From Chiloscyllium plagiosum (taxonomy: Eukaryota), in assembly GCF_004010195.1 (NCBI RefSeq), contig NC_057749.1, positions 8,309,451-8,373,450 on the forward strand: a DNA stretch of 64,000 nt, in the 5' to 3' direction. Shown here one piece after another: positions 1 to 12,139 of this stretch (position 1 is the first letter of the stretch; each line of letters begins with the position of its first letter). The notes beneath the pieces are model-generated. The model saw only the letters and a program-made list of their open reading frames with translations. It was not told the DNA's origin and did not search any database. The translations under genes were made by a program, and so were the position numbers.

Positions 1-483
1 CTGAGATCTGGCAGCACCCATGGAGAGAAAAGCGAGTTAACATTTCAAGGGAAGTAACTTTTCTTCAGAATGGGTCCCATGGCATGACTCTTTCCTCTTT
101 GAAGGTTGTGAGTTTTTGAAATTCCCTTCCTCAAAATGCAGTGAATGTAGCATCTTGAAATATATTTCAAGATTGAGGTAGGTGGATTCTTGATTACCAA
201 GTGGATGAAAGACTATTGGAAACAAGCAGGGGTATTGAGCTGAGCTTAAAATCAGATCATTCATGATCTTATTGATGTCAGGAAGGGGGGGTCAAATGGG
301 CTGAAGGGCCTACCCTTGTTCCTTGTTTGTATGTACTGTTTGAAAGGTATTGTCCAAATTCATTCCATCAATTCTCATCACGAAAGAAATAGATTATCCA
401 ATCATTAAATCATTGCTGCATTGGGAAGATGCTCAGATCAATTGTTTGGTAGTGTGTCATTCCAGCACAGTTTCATGAAATGG

Positions 484-700
484 AAACTGCTGGTGCTGTA
501 AATCAGAAACAAAAACAGAAGTTTGCTGGAAAAGCTCAGCACGTCTGGTGGCATCTGTGGAGAGACATCAGAGTCAACGCTTCGGATCCATTTCTGATCA
601 AGGGCCACTGAACCCGAAACATTGATTCTGATTTCTCTTCGCAGACGTTGCCAGACTTGCTGAGCTTTTCCAGCAATTTCTGTTTTTGCTCTGAAACAGA
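484..700. mobile_element. Fold-back pair of Penelope-type termini
   Basis: gctggaaaagctcagc...gcttcggatcc / ctgatcaagggccactgaacccgaaac...gctgagcttttccagc. Confidence 0.75.
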
Positions 701-1889
701 AATTGTGTTTGGGTCATTTATCACAGCTGCTTGAGGATATAACAAAAAGGGGAGATAAGGGAGGCGAGTAGATGTAGTCAACTGGATTAGCAAGAGGCAT
801 TCAATAGGATGGTTATGGCATGAGATAAGAACTCATAGTGTTGGGATGAAATACTAGCCAGGATGGAACACAGAACAATACAGCACAGGAACAGGCCCTG
901 AGGCCTACCACACCTGCCACAAACAGGATGCCATTCTAAACGAATACTTGGGTAACAAATGGGAAACTGAGAGTCAGGATAAATAGGTCATTTTAGAATT
1001 GGTAAAATGTAACTGGTACAAGGACCAGAGGAGCTGAATACCCTACTCCTACACCTAGTTCTTATGTTTCTGGGATTACCAGCATTTATTGCCCATTCCT
1101 AATAACCCTAATGAAGGTGATAGTGTGCATCTTCTTGAACTGCTACAAAATATTTGGAGTAGGAACACCCTCAGTGCTCTCAAATACACTGAAGGAATAG
1201 TGGTACATTTCCAAGTTAGGATATGAGTGGCTTGGATGGTATCTTGAAGGTGGTGGTGTTCCCATGTATCGGCTGCCATTGTTCTTGTAGATGGTGATGG
1301 TACAGGTTGGGGAAGTGCTGCTGAAGGTGTAAACCTCTTTAGAATATCGTGAGGTCTTGCAGTGCACCCTGTAGTGTTCAAGCCTCTCTTTTCTGTGCTG
1401 GTTAGTTTGTTGGACATGTTGACTGTCTCCAGTAGATGTCCCAGCAATGGAAGTGCTGAGTCACCAAATCTCAACAAAACCCATCTGTTCCCAATGCTTC
1501 CCACGCACTTGTGCAAGATTTTAAAGCAGCCAAACCTGGCAGAATTCCAAAGAAGCTCAGAGACCCAGAATTCCCTGAAAGCAGCAGTTTGCTAATTTAG
1601 CACTTTCAAAATTCCATTATATCCTCCCAGCTGCTGAGATTCCCTACCAGGGGCAATAAGTAGCAAAGCTGTTCCTTTCATCTGATATGAGAAAGGAAAG
1701 AAGGAAGGAGGGAAGGAAATAGAGAAAATTGCAAAACAATAGAGATATTTTAAAACTATTTCAAATGTAGCACCTGTGAGTTCAACAGTTAGGTACTCAC
1801 TATCTCTTGAAAGCACTGTAATATTACTGGGACACAATGATGAGCGGCAACAGACCATTTGCATGTATGGTGCCTCACAATGATCAATG

Positions 1890-2538
1890 ACCCTGTTTGC
1901 TATTCTTTCATGAGCTGTGTGTTAGTGTGACAGTTGTGGACACCTCAAGGTGCTGGAGCAGTCCCACCAATGCTGCCCATACAAGATCCTGTGAATCGCT
2001 GGGAAGACACACGCCAACACCCGTGTGCTCAACCAGGCCAACATCTCCAGAACTGAGGCACTGACCTCCCCTTGATTGGCTGTGATGGGCTGGGCATGTC
2101 GTCCCCATGACCGACATGAGGCTCCCCGAGGAGGTGCTCTACTCCCAGTTCCAAAACAGCAGGCCAGCCCCAGGTGGGACAGAGGAAGGGCCTCAGGGAT
2201 ACCCTCAAGGCATCACTGGGGAAGTGCAGCATTCCCACAGACACCTGGGAATCACTGGCTCCAGACCATCCCAAACTTGGGGGGAAGCATCCGCGAAGGC
2301 ATCGAGATTCTCAAGACTTGCCATCAGGAAAAAGCCGAAGCTGAAGGAAACAGTGTAAGGAGTGTGCTGCCACACTAACACCCCATCCACCCTTTTCCTG
2401 TGACCACCACCTGCCCCCAGTGTAACCGAGCCTGCGATAGCCCCATCAGTCTGTACAGCCACCTACTGACTCACCCTGAGAATGGGAGAGAGACAACCCC
2501 ATCTGCAAGGGACCACCGATGCTGATGATGATCATGAT
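1890..2538 (+). mobile_element. RTE-clade LINE 3' fragment
   Basis: Decayed ORF2 C-terminus resembling LRWAGHV.RM.D.RLP..VLYS..Q...R.PGGQRK, followed by a (gat)n tail. Confidence 0.75.
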
Positions 2539-3103
2539 GGTGTCAGTGTCGAAGTCAGCATTTTGTCCCTCCCTAATTACTTTGACAAGGTAAGGACGAT
2601 CTGCCTTCTTGAACCACTGTTGACTGTGTGAGGGGTAGATACACCCACACTACCTGTGGTGAGTGCAATCTAGGATTTTGACCCAATAACAATGAAGGAA
2701 TAGCAATATATTTCCAAGTCAGCACTGTCTGTAGCTTAGAAAGGCACTTACAGGTGGCAGTGTGTCCATGTGTCTGCTGCCCTTATCCCTCTTGATTGTA
2801 GAGGTCACAAGCTTTTTAAGATGATGTTGAAGGAGACTTGTTGAATTGCTACCCAAATGCAGGCCATTGTGCCCAGCTGCCATTATTGCTGAGAAACCCA
2901 GAGACTTCAACAAGAGGAGAAAGGTTTTTGAACATGTGTATGTAGGTTCTGAACACATGAATGCTTTGGACTCAAAGTCAGCGAAAAAGTTCAGGTATCC
3001 AGGAGGTCAGACATGGATAACAGCATCAAAACGAACTTAGAAAATTGCAAAGTTCATTGTCACTCCCTTTTTGCTAGATATAGAAACATATCAACCTTTG
3101 ATA

Positions 3104-3436
3104 CATAGAATTCCTACAGTGTGGAAACAGGCCATTTGGCCCAACAAGTCCACAACGGACTCTCTGAAGAGCATCTCACCGAGATACATTCCCCTATTAT
3201 TTTATGTTTCTCCTGATCAATGCACCTAACCTACACATCCTGGAACACTACAAGCAATTTAGCATGGTCAATTCATCTAACCTGCACATCATTGGACTGT
3301 GGGAGGAAACCGGAGCACCCGGAGAAAACTCACACAGACACAGGGAGAATGTGCAAACTCCATACAGGCTGGAATTGAACCCGGGTCCCTGGTACTATGA
3401 GGCAGCAGTGCTAACCATTGGACCACCATGCCACCA
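3104..3436 (-). mobile_element. HE1-type V-SINE
   Basis: Reverse-complement V-domain ggactgtgggaggaaaccggagcacccggag...tgcaaactcc, tRNA-like head, CR1-like tail. Confidence 0.85.
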
Positions 3437-3699
3437 TTCATGCCAGGCTCATCTGGAGGCGAATTTCACCCAGGAGCTTTCAGGGAGTGCAAGATGGTCG
3501 GTCAGCAAGGCAACTCATTCTCACTCCTGCACTTCCGCTGAGGCTATTTATCCACTAGCAGTGTTTGAAATTGTCCATGATCGATCGAATCCAATCTAAC
3601 ATTCTTTGTCTTCCTTCTTTTTGAATGGAAACTGGCTATGTAACACTACACCATTGAACATAAGTCAAAATGTGTCAAAATGTGTCAAAATTGATGCAA

Positions 3700-4533
3700 T
3701 AGGGATAGGTAAACACTTTGAGATAGAAACCTGAGCAAACGTATGGCAAATGCAGAATGATGTGGATAAATGTGAGGTTATCCACTTTGGTGGCAAAAAT
3801 AGGAAGACAAATTATTATTTAATTGGCTATATATTGAAAGAAGCAAATGTTCAACAAGACTTGGTGTCCTAAGTAAGTGTGCAGGTGCACCAGGCAGTAA
3901 AGAAGGCAAACTGTGTGTTGGCCTTCATAGTGAGAGGATTGAGAACAGGAACAAGGACATCTTGCTGCAATTATACAGGATAGTAGTGAGGCTACACTTG
4001 GAACATTTTGTGCCGTTCTGGTCTCCTTATCTGAGGATGGATGTTCTTGCTATAGAGGGAACGCAGCGAAGGTTTACCCAATTAACTCCTGGGATGGCAG
4101 GATTGAAGTCTGAGGAGACATTGAGTCAGTTAGGATTGTATTCACTGGAGTCTAGAAGAATGAGGGGACATTTTATATAAATTCTAACAGGACCAGACAG
4201 GTTAGATGCAGGAAGGATGTTCCTAATATGGGAGAGAGTCCAGAACTGGGGATTATAGTTTAAGGATAAGGACTGAGATGAGGAGAAATTTCTTCACCCA
4301 GAAGAGCTTCTGGAATTCATTACCACAGAATGTGGTTGGGGCCAAAACATTGTGTTTTCAAAAATGGAGGTAGATATAGCTCTTTTGGCTAAAGGGATCA
4401 AGGAATATTGAGGGGGAACTGTGGGATTAGGATATTGAGCTTGATAATCAGCCACGATTCTGATAAATGGTAGAGCAGGTTTGAGGGGTCGAACAGCCTA
4501 CTCCTGCTCCTATCTTCTATGTTTCTATGTTTC
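3700..4533 (+). mobile_element. CR1-clade LINE 3' fragment
   Basis: LQLYRIVVRLHLEHFVPFWSP...QRRFT...LGLYSLE..RMRG; tail (tttctatg)n. Confidence 0.85.
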
Positions 4534-5078
4534 TTCACCAACATACATAAAAAAACATGCAATTGTTGCTTTTATGGCACTGATAGCTGGCAGATAGTAG
4601 AGAACTCTTCAGTTCTGAAGAGCAGTCATACCAGATTCGAAACTTGAACTCTGCTTTCTCTCCACAGATGTTGCCAGACCTGCTGAGGTTTTTCAGCATT
4701 CTCTGGCTTAAATTCAGATTTCCAGCATCTCCAGTAATTTGCTTTTATTTAGAACGTGGAGAGGATTGCTTCTAAACTTTCAAAATCACTGCAACAAAAC
4801 ATTTAGTTCTTGATTCAAATTCATCTGTTAAAAGACTCAATTAAAGACTTTAACTTCACCTAGCTCAAACTATCCTACATTATGGACTACAAAAGTCCTG
4901 CTGCATTGAAGCATTAATAACACCATCTCGAATCATCTCAGTCTTTTGTCTAGCCTTTTCAATGGCTTTCTCAGTTTAACTGTTGTTAAAAACAAGATGA
5001 TAAAGTTCTGATCTCAAATGCAGATCTCCAGAGTGGGTTTGGCCCTCCGGTAACTGCATTCCTGTCTGCATGAATTTC

Positions 5079-5372
5079 ACAGAACTCTATAGTGTGTTGA
5101 GTCCACACCAACCCTCCAAACAGCACCTTACCCAGTCCCACCCTCCTTTACCTATCCCGCACATCCCAAGACACTACAGGGAAATTTCCCATGGCCAATC
5201 CACTTGTACAACTTTGGACTGTGGGAGGAAACCAGTGCACCCAGAGGAAACCCATGCAGACACAGGGAGAATGTGCAAACTCCATACAGATGGTTGTTCA
5301 AGGCTGGAACTGAACCTGGGTCCCTGGCACTATGAAGCTGTAGTACTAACCACTGAGCCACCGTGCTACCCC
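5079..5372 (-). mobile_element. HE1-type V-SINE
   Basis: Same V-domain and tRNA-derived head. Confidence 0.85.
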
Positions 5373-5899
5373 AAAGCCTGTGTTTCTAACGACCCTCATG
5401 TTTGGACTCATTCTTTGAGCTGGACAGCCTGTAGCTAACTGGGATCCAGGATTCACAATCTGTCTGCAGAAGCACTTTCTCAGTGAGTGCACTTTTCAAA
5501 GTTTTCGTGATTTAGTAGCTCTCTCATCAAGACCCAACCCCCACCCACTTTGAATATTCCAGAAGCTTGATTGGAATGACCTTAGTACACAGCTCATTTC
5601 ATCTGTCTCCAGTGTTTTAAAATGTGTTCACAGCTTATTAAATCCATTAGCTTCAGCTTGGTGAAAGTCATTAGCATATCTGAACTCTTCACCCTGTATT
5701 ATCTGCTGTCGCCTCCCAGATTTGTTTTGGTCTCATTCACTGCCAGGAGCTCACCCTGTCTTCAAGGCCAGTCCTGAGCAAGGGCATGGCTTAAAACATT
5801 GACTCAACTCTCTCCTTTGTGAGTGGACTGCTTCAGTACAGGTTCCCCACATTTCTCAGTTTGAGTCCGAGTTAGCAACAAGAGGTAATACAAGTGGCA

Positions 5900-6155
5900 C
5901 CTAGGTCCACCATCCTTTGACTCATCACCTCAGGACTTGCCAGCAAAGCTTGGGTCCCAATCCCGAGTCTTATAATTGCATTCAAATCTCTCCAGTGGCT
6001 TCCCCCATTCCCTTAGTTCTACGACCCTCCTGGAACTGTCTTTTCGGCCTCTGGCTCCCATGTAACTTTAGTCAATCCTTTCATCTTCAGATTTCTGGTC
6101 CATAAACTCTGGAATTCCCTCCCCACCACTTTCCCTAAAGCCTATCCGTTTGAAC
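5900..6155 (+). mobile_element. Old L2-like LINE 3' end, continuing at about 14791-14893 beyond the ERV and a SINE
   Basis: ttcaaatctctccagtggc and ctctggaattccctcc motifs; the downstream part has tggctcagtgtcaaatt...ttctacgttaagg. Confidence 0.55.
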
Positions 6156-6159
6156 AAAC

Positions 6160-6799
6160 TGTGAGAAACAAAGCTCACTCACTTCAATAATTTCAGTCCG
6201 AGACAAGATCTGAAGCAATCAGTATGTTTATTATACACTTGCAAGCGTGGTGCCTGGAATAGGGTACCCAGAGTTTAGGATTCACTACTCCAAACCCGGT
6301 GCCCATTACTATTGTTTATCTCTTGCCGTATCCGGCCTTGTGCATAACAAAGCACAAGTTTTACTCGGCCATTTCACCACATCCTGCTGTGGCCCATTGT
6401 TAGGTATATTCTTCTTCATGATTATCTTCTTCCTCCACATGTGTGATTTCCTCCCTTTCCCTAACCACATTAATCCTTATGACCTTTTAATTGGGGTTTG
6501 TTTTTGTGTTTTTGCAAAAGTGGGAAACAGATGTTTATAACTACTGCTTGCACAAGCATATCTGGCTTAACCTACGTCCTCACAGCACCTTATCTATTTG
6601 TCTACCATTGTTAGCAGGCACGTTTCATTCTTGCATTACATTTTAGCTAATACAAAAACAATTATATATTTCCTCCACATAGTTTTCATTCTTGTTGACT
6701 CAGTTCTTGGGTTGAAACAATTATACACTGGTGTGAGTACATTTACCTTGCAAAGTAATTATGATTGCAGAAGTAACACTACTTTACCTATATCCCACA
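6160..6799 (-). repeat. 3' LTR of the provirus (640 bp)
   Basis: Direct repeat of 13835-14496; manual count gives about 26 substitutions and 3 indels (one of 20 nt). Preceded by the PPT on the minus strand. Confidence 0.97.
6227..6232 (-). terminator. Probable LTR polyadenylation signal AATAAA
   Basis: tttatt on the plus strand about 70 nt from the U5 end, present in both LTRs. Confidence 0.6.
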
Positions 6800-6800
6800 A

Positions 6801-6817
6801 TTTCCCCCTTTTTCTTT
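6801..6817 (-). promoter_or_regulatory. Polypurine tract (PPT)
   Basis: Minus strand AAAGAAAAAGGGGGAAA ending 1 nt before the TG of the 3' LTR. Confidence 0.9.
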
Positions 6818-6849
6818 AATTACTATTTGTTATCTTCTGCATTTTTCTT

Positions 6850-8777
6850 TTAAGCATTGCCCCCAAAATTCGCAAGTATCATTCCGGAGATTTCATCCAT
6901 CTTAGTCTCACTCATCCCCTCATTATTTAATCGATAAAGTTCCTCTGCCTGATTCCCTTTTAGGGGCATCTGTTTCATTAAGGCTGCCTCAATCAGTCTT
7001 TGGGTGAGCCCTCGTATACAGGATATGATACAACAGCCAATGGCTACCAATACCCCGACTACTACTATCAGGGAAATAAGGATGGAAACCTTCCATTTTC
7101 CAAACCAGGATTCAAGCCATCCCGTGAGAGATGTGTCTAATCCTGAATTCTCAGCCAGTTCCTCTGCTAAGGTAATCAATCCCCTTAAGGCCCAAGTAAT
7201 TGAACCATCAGGTGCAGTTTTATTCGGAATAAAGGTACAACAGCTTCCTCCTAACATCACACACACACCCCATTTTTCCACTAAAATCATACCAAGGGCC
7301 ATTCTGTTTTCCCATGCCATCCTACTTGTCGCATCAAGCTGTTCTGATATTCCTTTAACCACATCTCTTGTATAATTTATAAATCGCTGTTGATTATAGA
7401 AAATGTAATTTATCCAATCTACATTTTTATTAATTGTTACCGACCAAAAGAGAGCTGGCTCAAAGCCTGCTGCAATCTGGTTATGAGCCTTGAATTCATC
7501 AGGTACCCCCCCTAGGGACTCCTATCGAATCGAGATAAATCCTGTCATCGAAAGAAGTGTCTAACAGTGATCTCTTACTCCTTCCCTTTTTCCCTACTAT
7601 CTTTTCCTTCTCAAATGCCAGGGTAAATGGAATTTCCAATTGCACAATTGCACATATCCCTCTCCAATCCGGAGGGAGGGTGGGTCTCAGTATTTTGCCT
7701 CCACAGTACCACCACAGATCCGCTTGGGGAACCTTTAGTGCTGAGTAGTTCCCTCCCTTGTCCGTTTCGATTACATTCTTAATCTCTGTACATAATTTCA
7801 GCTCCCCCAAATCTCTAGACCAATTTGTACCTCGTCTACGCACACACGACGTGTGATTTCCGACTGCAGCTGAAAACGTAGGGGGGCTTTTGAATCTTTC
7901 TTCTCCAAGGGAGGGAACATCAGAGATAAGAAGGTACAGTTCCTATCATTCCATGCAGTCTCATCCTGATACAGGGGATATCATACATTTCATGCCCTTC
8001 CTGTCTCGCTTCCACCCAAGCGGAAAGGGAACCACCTGGGCCACTGGCCTACCGGAGGCACTTGCATAGCAATTGCTCTTATTCAGACTTTTTACAGTAT
8101 ATTTTACCCATTCAACCCAGGCATTTGCATCCCCATATCCAGTTTCTATTTCAATGGTCTGTTTTAAGTCCTTTACCTCTATAACTTTTACTACTTTAAG
8201 GTCATTGGGAGGGGTGAAAGATTGTACCTTATTATCCAGTAGTTCTGCCCGTTTTCCCTGTTCTACACTAATTAAAATAAACAGCCTGAGAAATCATTCC
8301 TGTTTGCTTTCATTTCTACCCCAAATGTTTTATTTAATTGTATCTCATAGATGCCCCCCCCCCCCCCAGAATTGCTTCGTGCCATGTGGTTTTCTTTATC
8401 GTTAAGTATATTGGGTTACACTTTTTATCAGGACAATCGAGAACTGGTCAGAAGGGGGCCTGGTGTACTGTGACGAGACCATTATACCAAGTACCATCCC
8501 CAAGGCCATCCCCATAGGACTTAAGATGTATCTCAGAGCTGCGGTACTGTCTCTGACTATCCACATCCCCACAATTTACTAAGCTGCATGCATCAGCGTC
8601 TATTACTTGTGGATTATCAGACTCAGGAACCGTTAATAACACGTATGAAAATGATATTTGACAAAATCCCGATACTAAGAGGGCTAGCATCATTACTCTA
8701 AACATCCCTAGCATTCTAAAAAAAACGTGCTGAAGCACAAAAAGACTTAATATACAATCCTACAGAAATAATCCCAT
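6850..8777 (-). pseudogene. env: Retroviral env (SU-TM), frameshifted; TM reading frame open from about 7506 to 6850
   Basis: Hydrophobic leader; DACSLVNCGD; IETGYGDANAWVEW; DLWWYCGG; furin site RSKR; YLDSIGVPRG/VPDEFKA; ISD-like WENRMALGMIL; CX6CC (CVMLGGSCC); transmembrane helix. Start coordinate is approximate. Confidence 0.93.
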
Positions 8778-8806
8778 GTTCACGTCGCCACTGTATAATC
8801 AGTTAC

Positions 8807-11800
8807 TCAAAATCTCTTTAGTCTCTTTAGTCTGAGTTTCAGCGGGTCTTGCATTGATTCAGCTGTCCAGACTTCTTCCCAGTCCACTGGCCCTTTGATC
8901 CGTGTGTATTGAGTCCAGCCTTTCTCCGCCGTCCTTATTGCCATTTCGGTAGTCAAAAGAGCCTGATATGGCCCTTCCCAGTCCAGCTGCAATTTAGTCT
9001 CTGTCCATGATTATACTAAGACCCAATCTCCCGGCCGGATGGGATGAACGGTGAATTCAAGGGGCGGAGTCTGTGCCAATAAACCCTGTTTCCTGAGAAA
9101 AGACAAAGAGGAGGACAAGCCCAGTATATACTTCTTTAAGAACAAGTCTTTAGTTTCGGGAATTGGCAATTCTCCATTCGTTCCCAGATAAGGTAATCCA
9201 AATAAGATTTCATAGGGGATAGTCCCAAATCTTTCCTTGGGGCTGTTCGTACTCGCAAGAGAGCTATAGGTAAACATTTCCAAGGGAGTCTTGTTTCTAT
9301 TATCAATTTAGAGAGCTGGGGTTTGAGTGTTTGGTTCATTCTCTCAACCCTTCCTGGTGATGGCGGGTGCCATGGAGTATGGAACTCCCAGGAAATTCCC
9401 AACCCTTTCATTACCCCCTGTAACACTTTAAAGGTAAAATGAGTTCCTTGGTCAGAATCTATACAGTTCACTAGCCCATATCGGGGAATTATGTGCTCTA
9501 ATATTGTTTTAGACACCCCACTCGCAGTGGCAGTAGCTAGGGGGTTTGCTTCAACCCAACCAGACAGATGAACTACTATGACCAGCATATATTTTAGCTT
9601 TCCTACTCTGGGTAGTTCAGTATAATCTACTTGTATACTCTGGAAGGGTCTCAATCCCGGGTCTCTTCCTCCCGGGGTCTGTTTTCTCAAGACTTTCTTA
9701 TTTACCTTTCTGCATATTATACATCCCTCACATATTTATTTAGCAATTGTATATATTCCTTTACATCCATATTCCCTAAGAACTAAATCACACATTGCTT
9801 GTGCTCCCCAGTGACTGCCTTGATGTAGGACAGCCATAATTTCTCGCATCATCATTTTGTTTAACATTTCCCTTCCATTAGGTAACATCCATTTCTCCGT
9901 CTGCTGTTTTTGCAGCCCCTAAATCTCTCAATTCTTTTTCTTCGCTTTCAGTAAATATAGGAGCTTCCCGAGGACCTGGGACAGTAGGTATTAGGGAATG
10001 AATCACNNNNNNNNNNNNNNNNNNNNNNNNNNNNNNNNNNNNNNNNNNNNNNNNNNNNNNNNNNNNNNNNNNNNNNNNNNNNNNNNNNNNNNNNNNNNNN
10101 NNNNNNNNNNNNNNNNNNNNNNNNNNNNNNNNNNNNNNNNNNNNNNNNNNNNNNNNNNNNNNNNNNNNNNNNNNNNNNNNNNNNNNNNNNNNNNNNNNNN
10201 NNNNNNNNNNNNNNNNNNNNNNNNNNNNNNNNNNNNNNNNNNNNNNNNNNNNNNNNNNNNNNNNNNNNNNNNNNNNNNNNNNNNNNNNNNNNNNNNNNNN
10301 NNNNNNNNNNNNNNNNNNNNNNNNNNNNNNNNNNNNNNNNNNNNNNNNNNNNNNNNNNNNNNNNNNNNNNNNNNNNNNNNNNNNNNNNNNNNNNNNNNNN
10401 NNNNNNNNNNNNNNNNNNNNNNNNNNNNNNNNNNNNNNNNNNNNNNNNNNNNNNNNNNNNNNNNNNNNNNNNNNNNNNNNNNNNNNNNNNNNNNNNNNNN
10501 NNNNNNNNNNNNNNNNNNNNNNNNNNNNNNNNNNNNNNNNNNNNNNNNNNNNNNNNNNNNNNNNNNNNNNNNNNNNNNNNNNNNNNNNNNNNNNNNNNNN
10601 NNNNNNNNNNNNNNNNNNNNNNNNNNNNNNNNNNNNNNNNNNNNNNNNNNCCAATAGCTTCGAAAGATATGCTACTGGCTGTTTCATTCCTCCCCACCTC
10701 TGGGTTAATACTCCCAAAGCCGCTCCCTTATCCACGGTAGCAAAGAGATGGAAAGGTTTATCTAGTGAAGGTAAGGCTAACACGGGGGCATGGATCAGAT
10801 CTCTTTTGAGTTTCTCAACTAGTTCTTTTTCCTCATCGTCCCAACTTTGATTCCTCCTCTAATAGTTTGAGATATAATTTCTTAGTCTTTTAAGCATAAG
10901 AAACAATCCACAATCTGCAATATCCCGTTAGAGCCAAAAATTTACGTAACTCCCATTTAGTCCTGGGCAGCGGCATCCCCACTATTCCCTCTATCCGTTC
11001 CGGGCTTACCTTTCGCTTTCCCTCACTAACTAATGTCCCAAGTATTTCACTTCTCGCTCCACATGTTGTAATTTGTTTTTAGATACTCGCAGGCCCTGCT
11101 GACCCAGGAAATTCAATAATTTGTTAGTGGCTTCTACTACCCTTTCTCTTCTTTTTCCTGATACCAAGAGGTCGTCTACATACTGCAACAGGGTAGTCCC
11201 CTTGGGGCTGCTACATTTCTCCAATATTTGTTCTAGCATCTGTCCAAATAAATTCGGGGATTCCATAAACCCCTGGAGGAGCACGGTCCACCGGTATTGC
11301 TGCTTCCGTCCTGTCTTGGGATCTTCCCATTCAAAGGCAAACAAATTCCTACTTTCCTCCGCCAAGGGACAAGCACAAAAGGCATCCTTTAAATCTGTCA
11401 CACTAAACCATTTGTGGTCATGAGGGATCTTACTTAATAACGTATAGGGATTTGGCACCACTGGGTGCCTGATCTGTACTATTCGATTCAATGTTCTCAA
11501 ATCCTGCACCAATTGATAAGTTCCATCGGATTTCCGCACTGGTAGAATTGGGGTATTATAAGGAGACATACATGGCTCCAACAGTCCATCTCTAATCAGT
11601 CCCTCAATTACGTGCTGCAGTCCTCGTTTACCTTCTATGGAAATGGGATATTGTCGCTCACAAAATGTCCCCTTTCCTTTTTAAACTTATTTCTAGGGGA
11701 GGGATCTGTATTTTTCCACGATTCCCTTCCCTAGCCTATACAATAGAGTCTATCTCTCTCTCCACATCCTCTGTCAACATTGCCATTTGTACAACTAATT

Positions 11801-12139
11801 CTTTTTCCTGAATTTCAATCTCCAGTCCTAAGAGGATAATTAAATCTCTCCCTAGTAAGTTATTTCCTATGTCAGGGATATACAACAGTTCCCTGTGACT
11901 CTATCCTTAGGACCTTCTATCATCATAGGTTCAAATACTGGAACAGTAAATCCTTCCCCTTTTACCCCGGAAACAGTAATTGACCGTGTTGACATTCCTA
12001 CTTTCTTTGGTTTAAAATTCAGCGATGACGGTGCTGCCCCCATATCTACTAGGAAGACCACCTCTTCCCTACAGGGCCCAACCTTCAAGTTTATCAAGGG
12101 TTCCTGGTGGGTCCCCAGGGGCAGGAACCCCTGACACCC
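8807..12139 (-). pseudogene. pol: Retroviral pro-pol (protease, RT, RNase H in the gap, integrase), disrupted
   Basis: Protease FLVDMGA (DTG mutated). RT PYNTPILPVRK, DLKDAF, QGFMESP, YVDDLL. Integrase HHCC region plus IQVDYTELP, IDSDQGTHF, GRVERMN. Several stops and frameshifts. Confidence 0.95.
10007..10650. other. Assembly gap (644 N) within pol, over the expected RNase H region
   Basis: Run of N. Confidence 1.

Noticed and set aside
3204..3599. Recurrent short ORFs such as CGRKPEHPEETHADTGRMCKLHTD across the window
   Set aside because: Translations of the HE1 SINE V-domain, not a gene family.
6247..6819. Plus-strand ORFs within the LTRs, also at 14035-14455
   Set aside because: Antisense, not conserved in frame between the two LTRs, and no recognisable domain.
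9878..10783. Long ORFs of 219-301 aa
   Set aside because: Artefacts of translating through the 644-N gap; only the flanks are real pol sequence.
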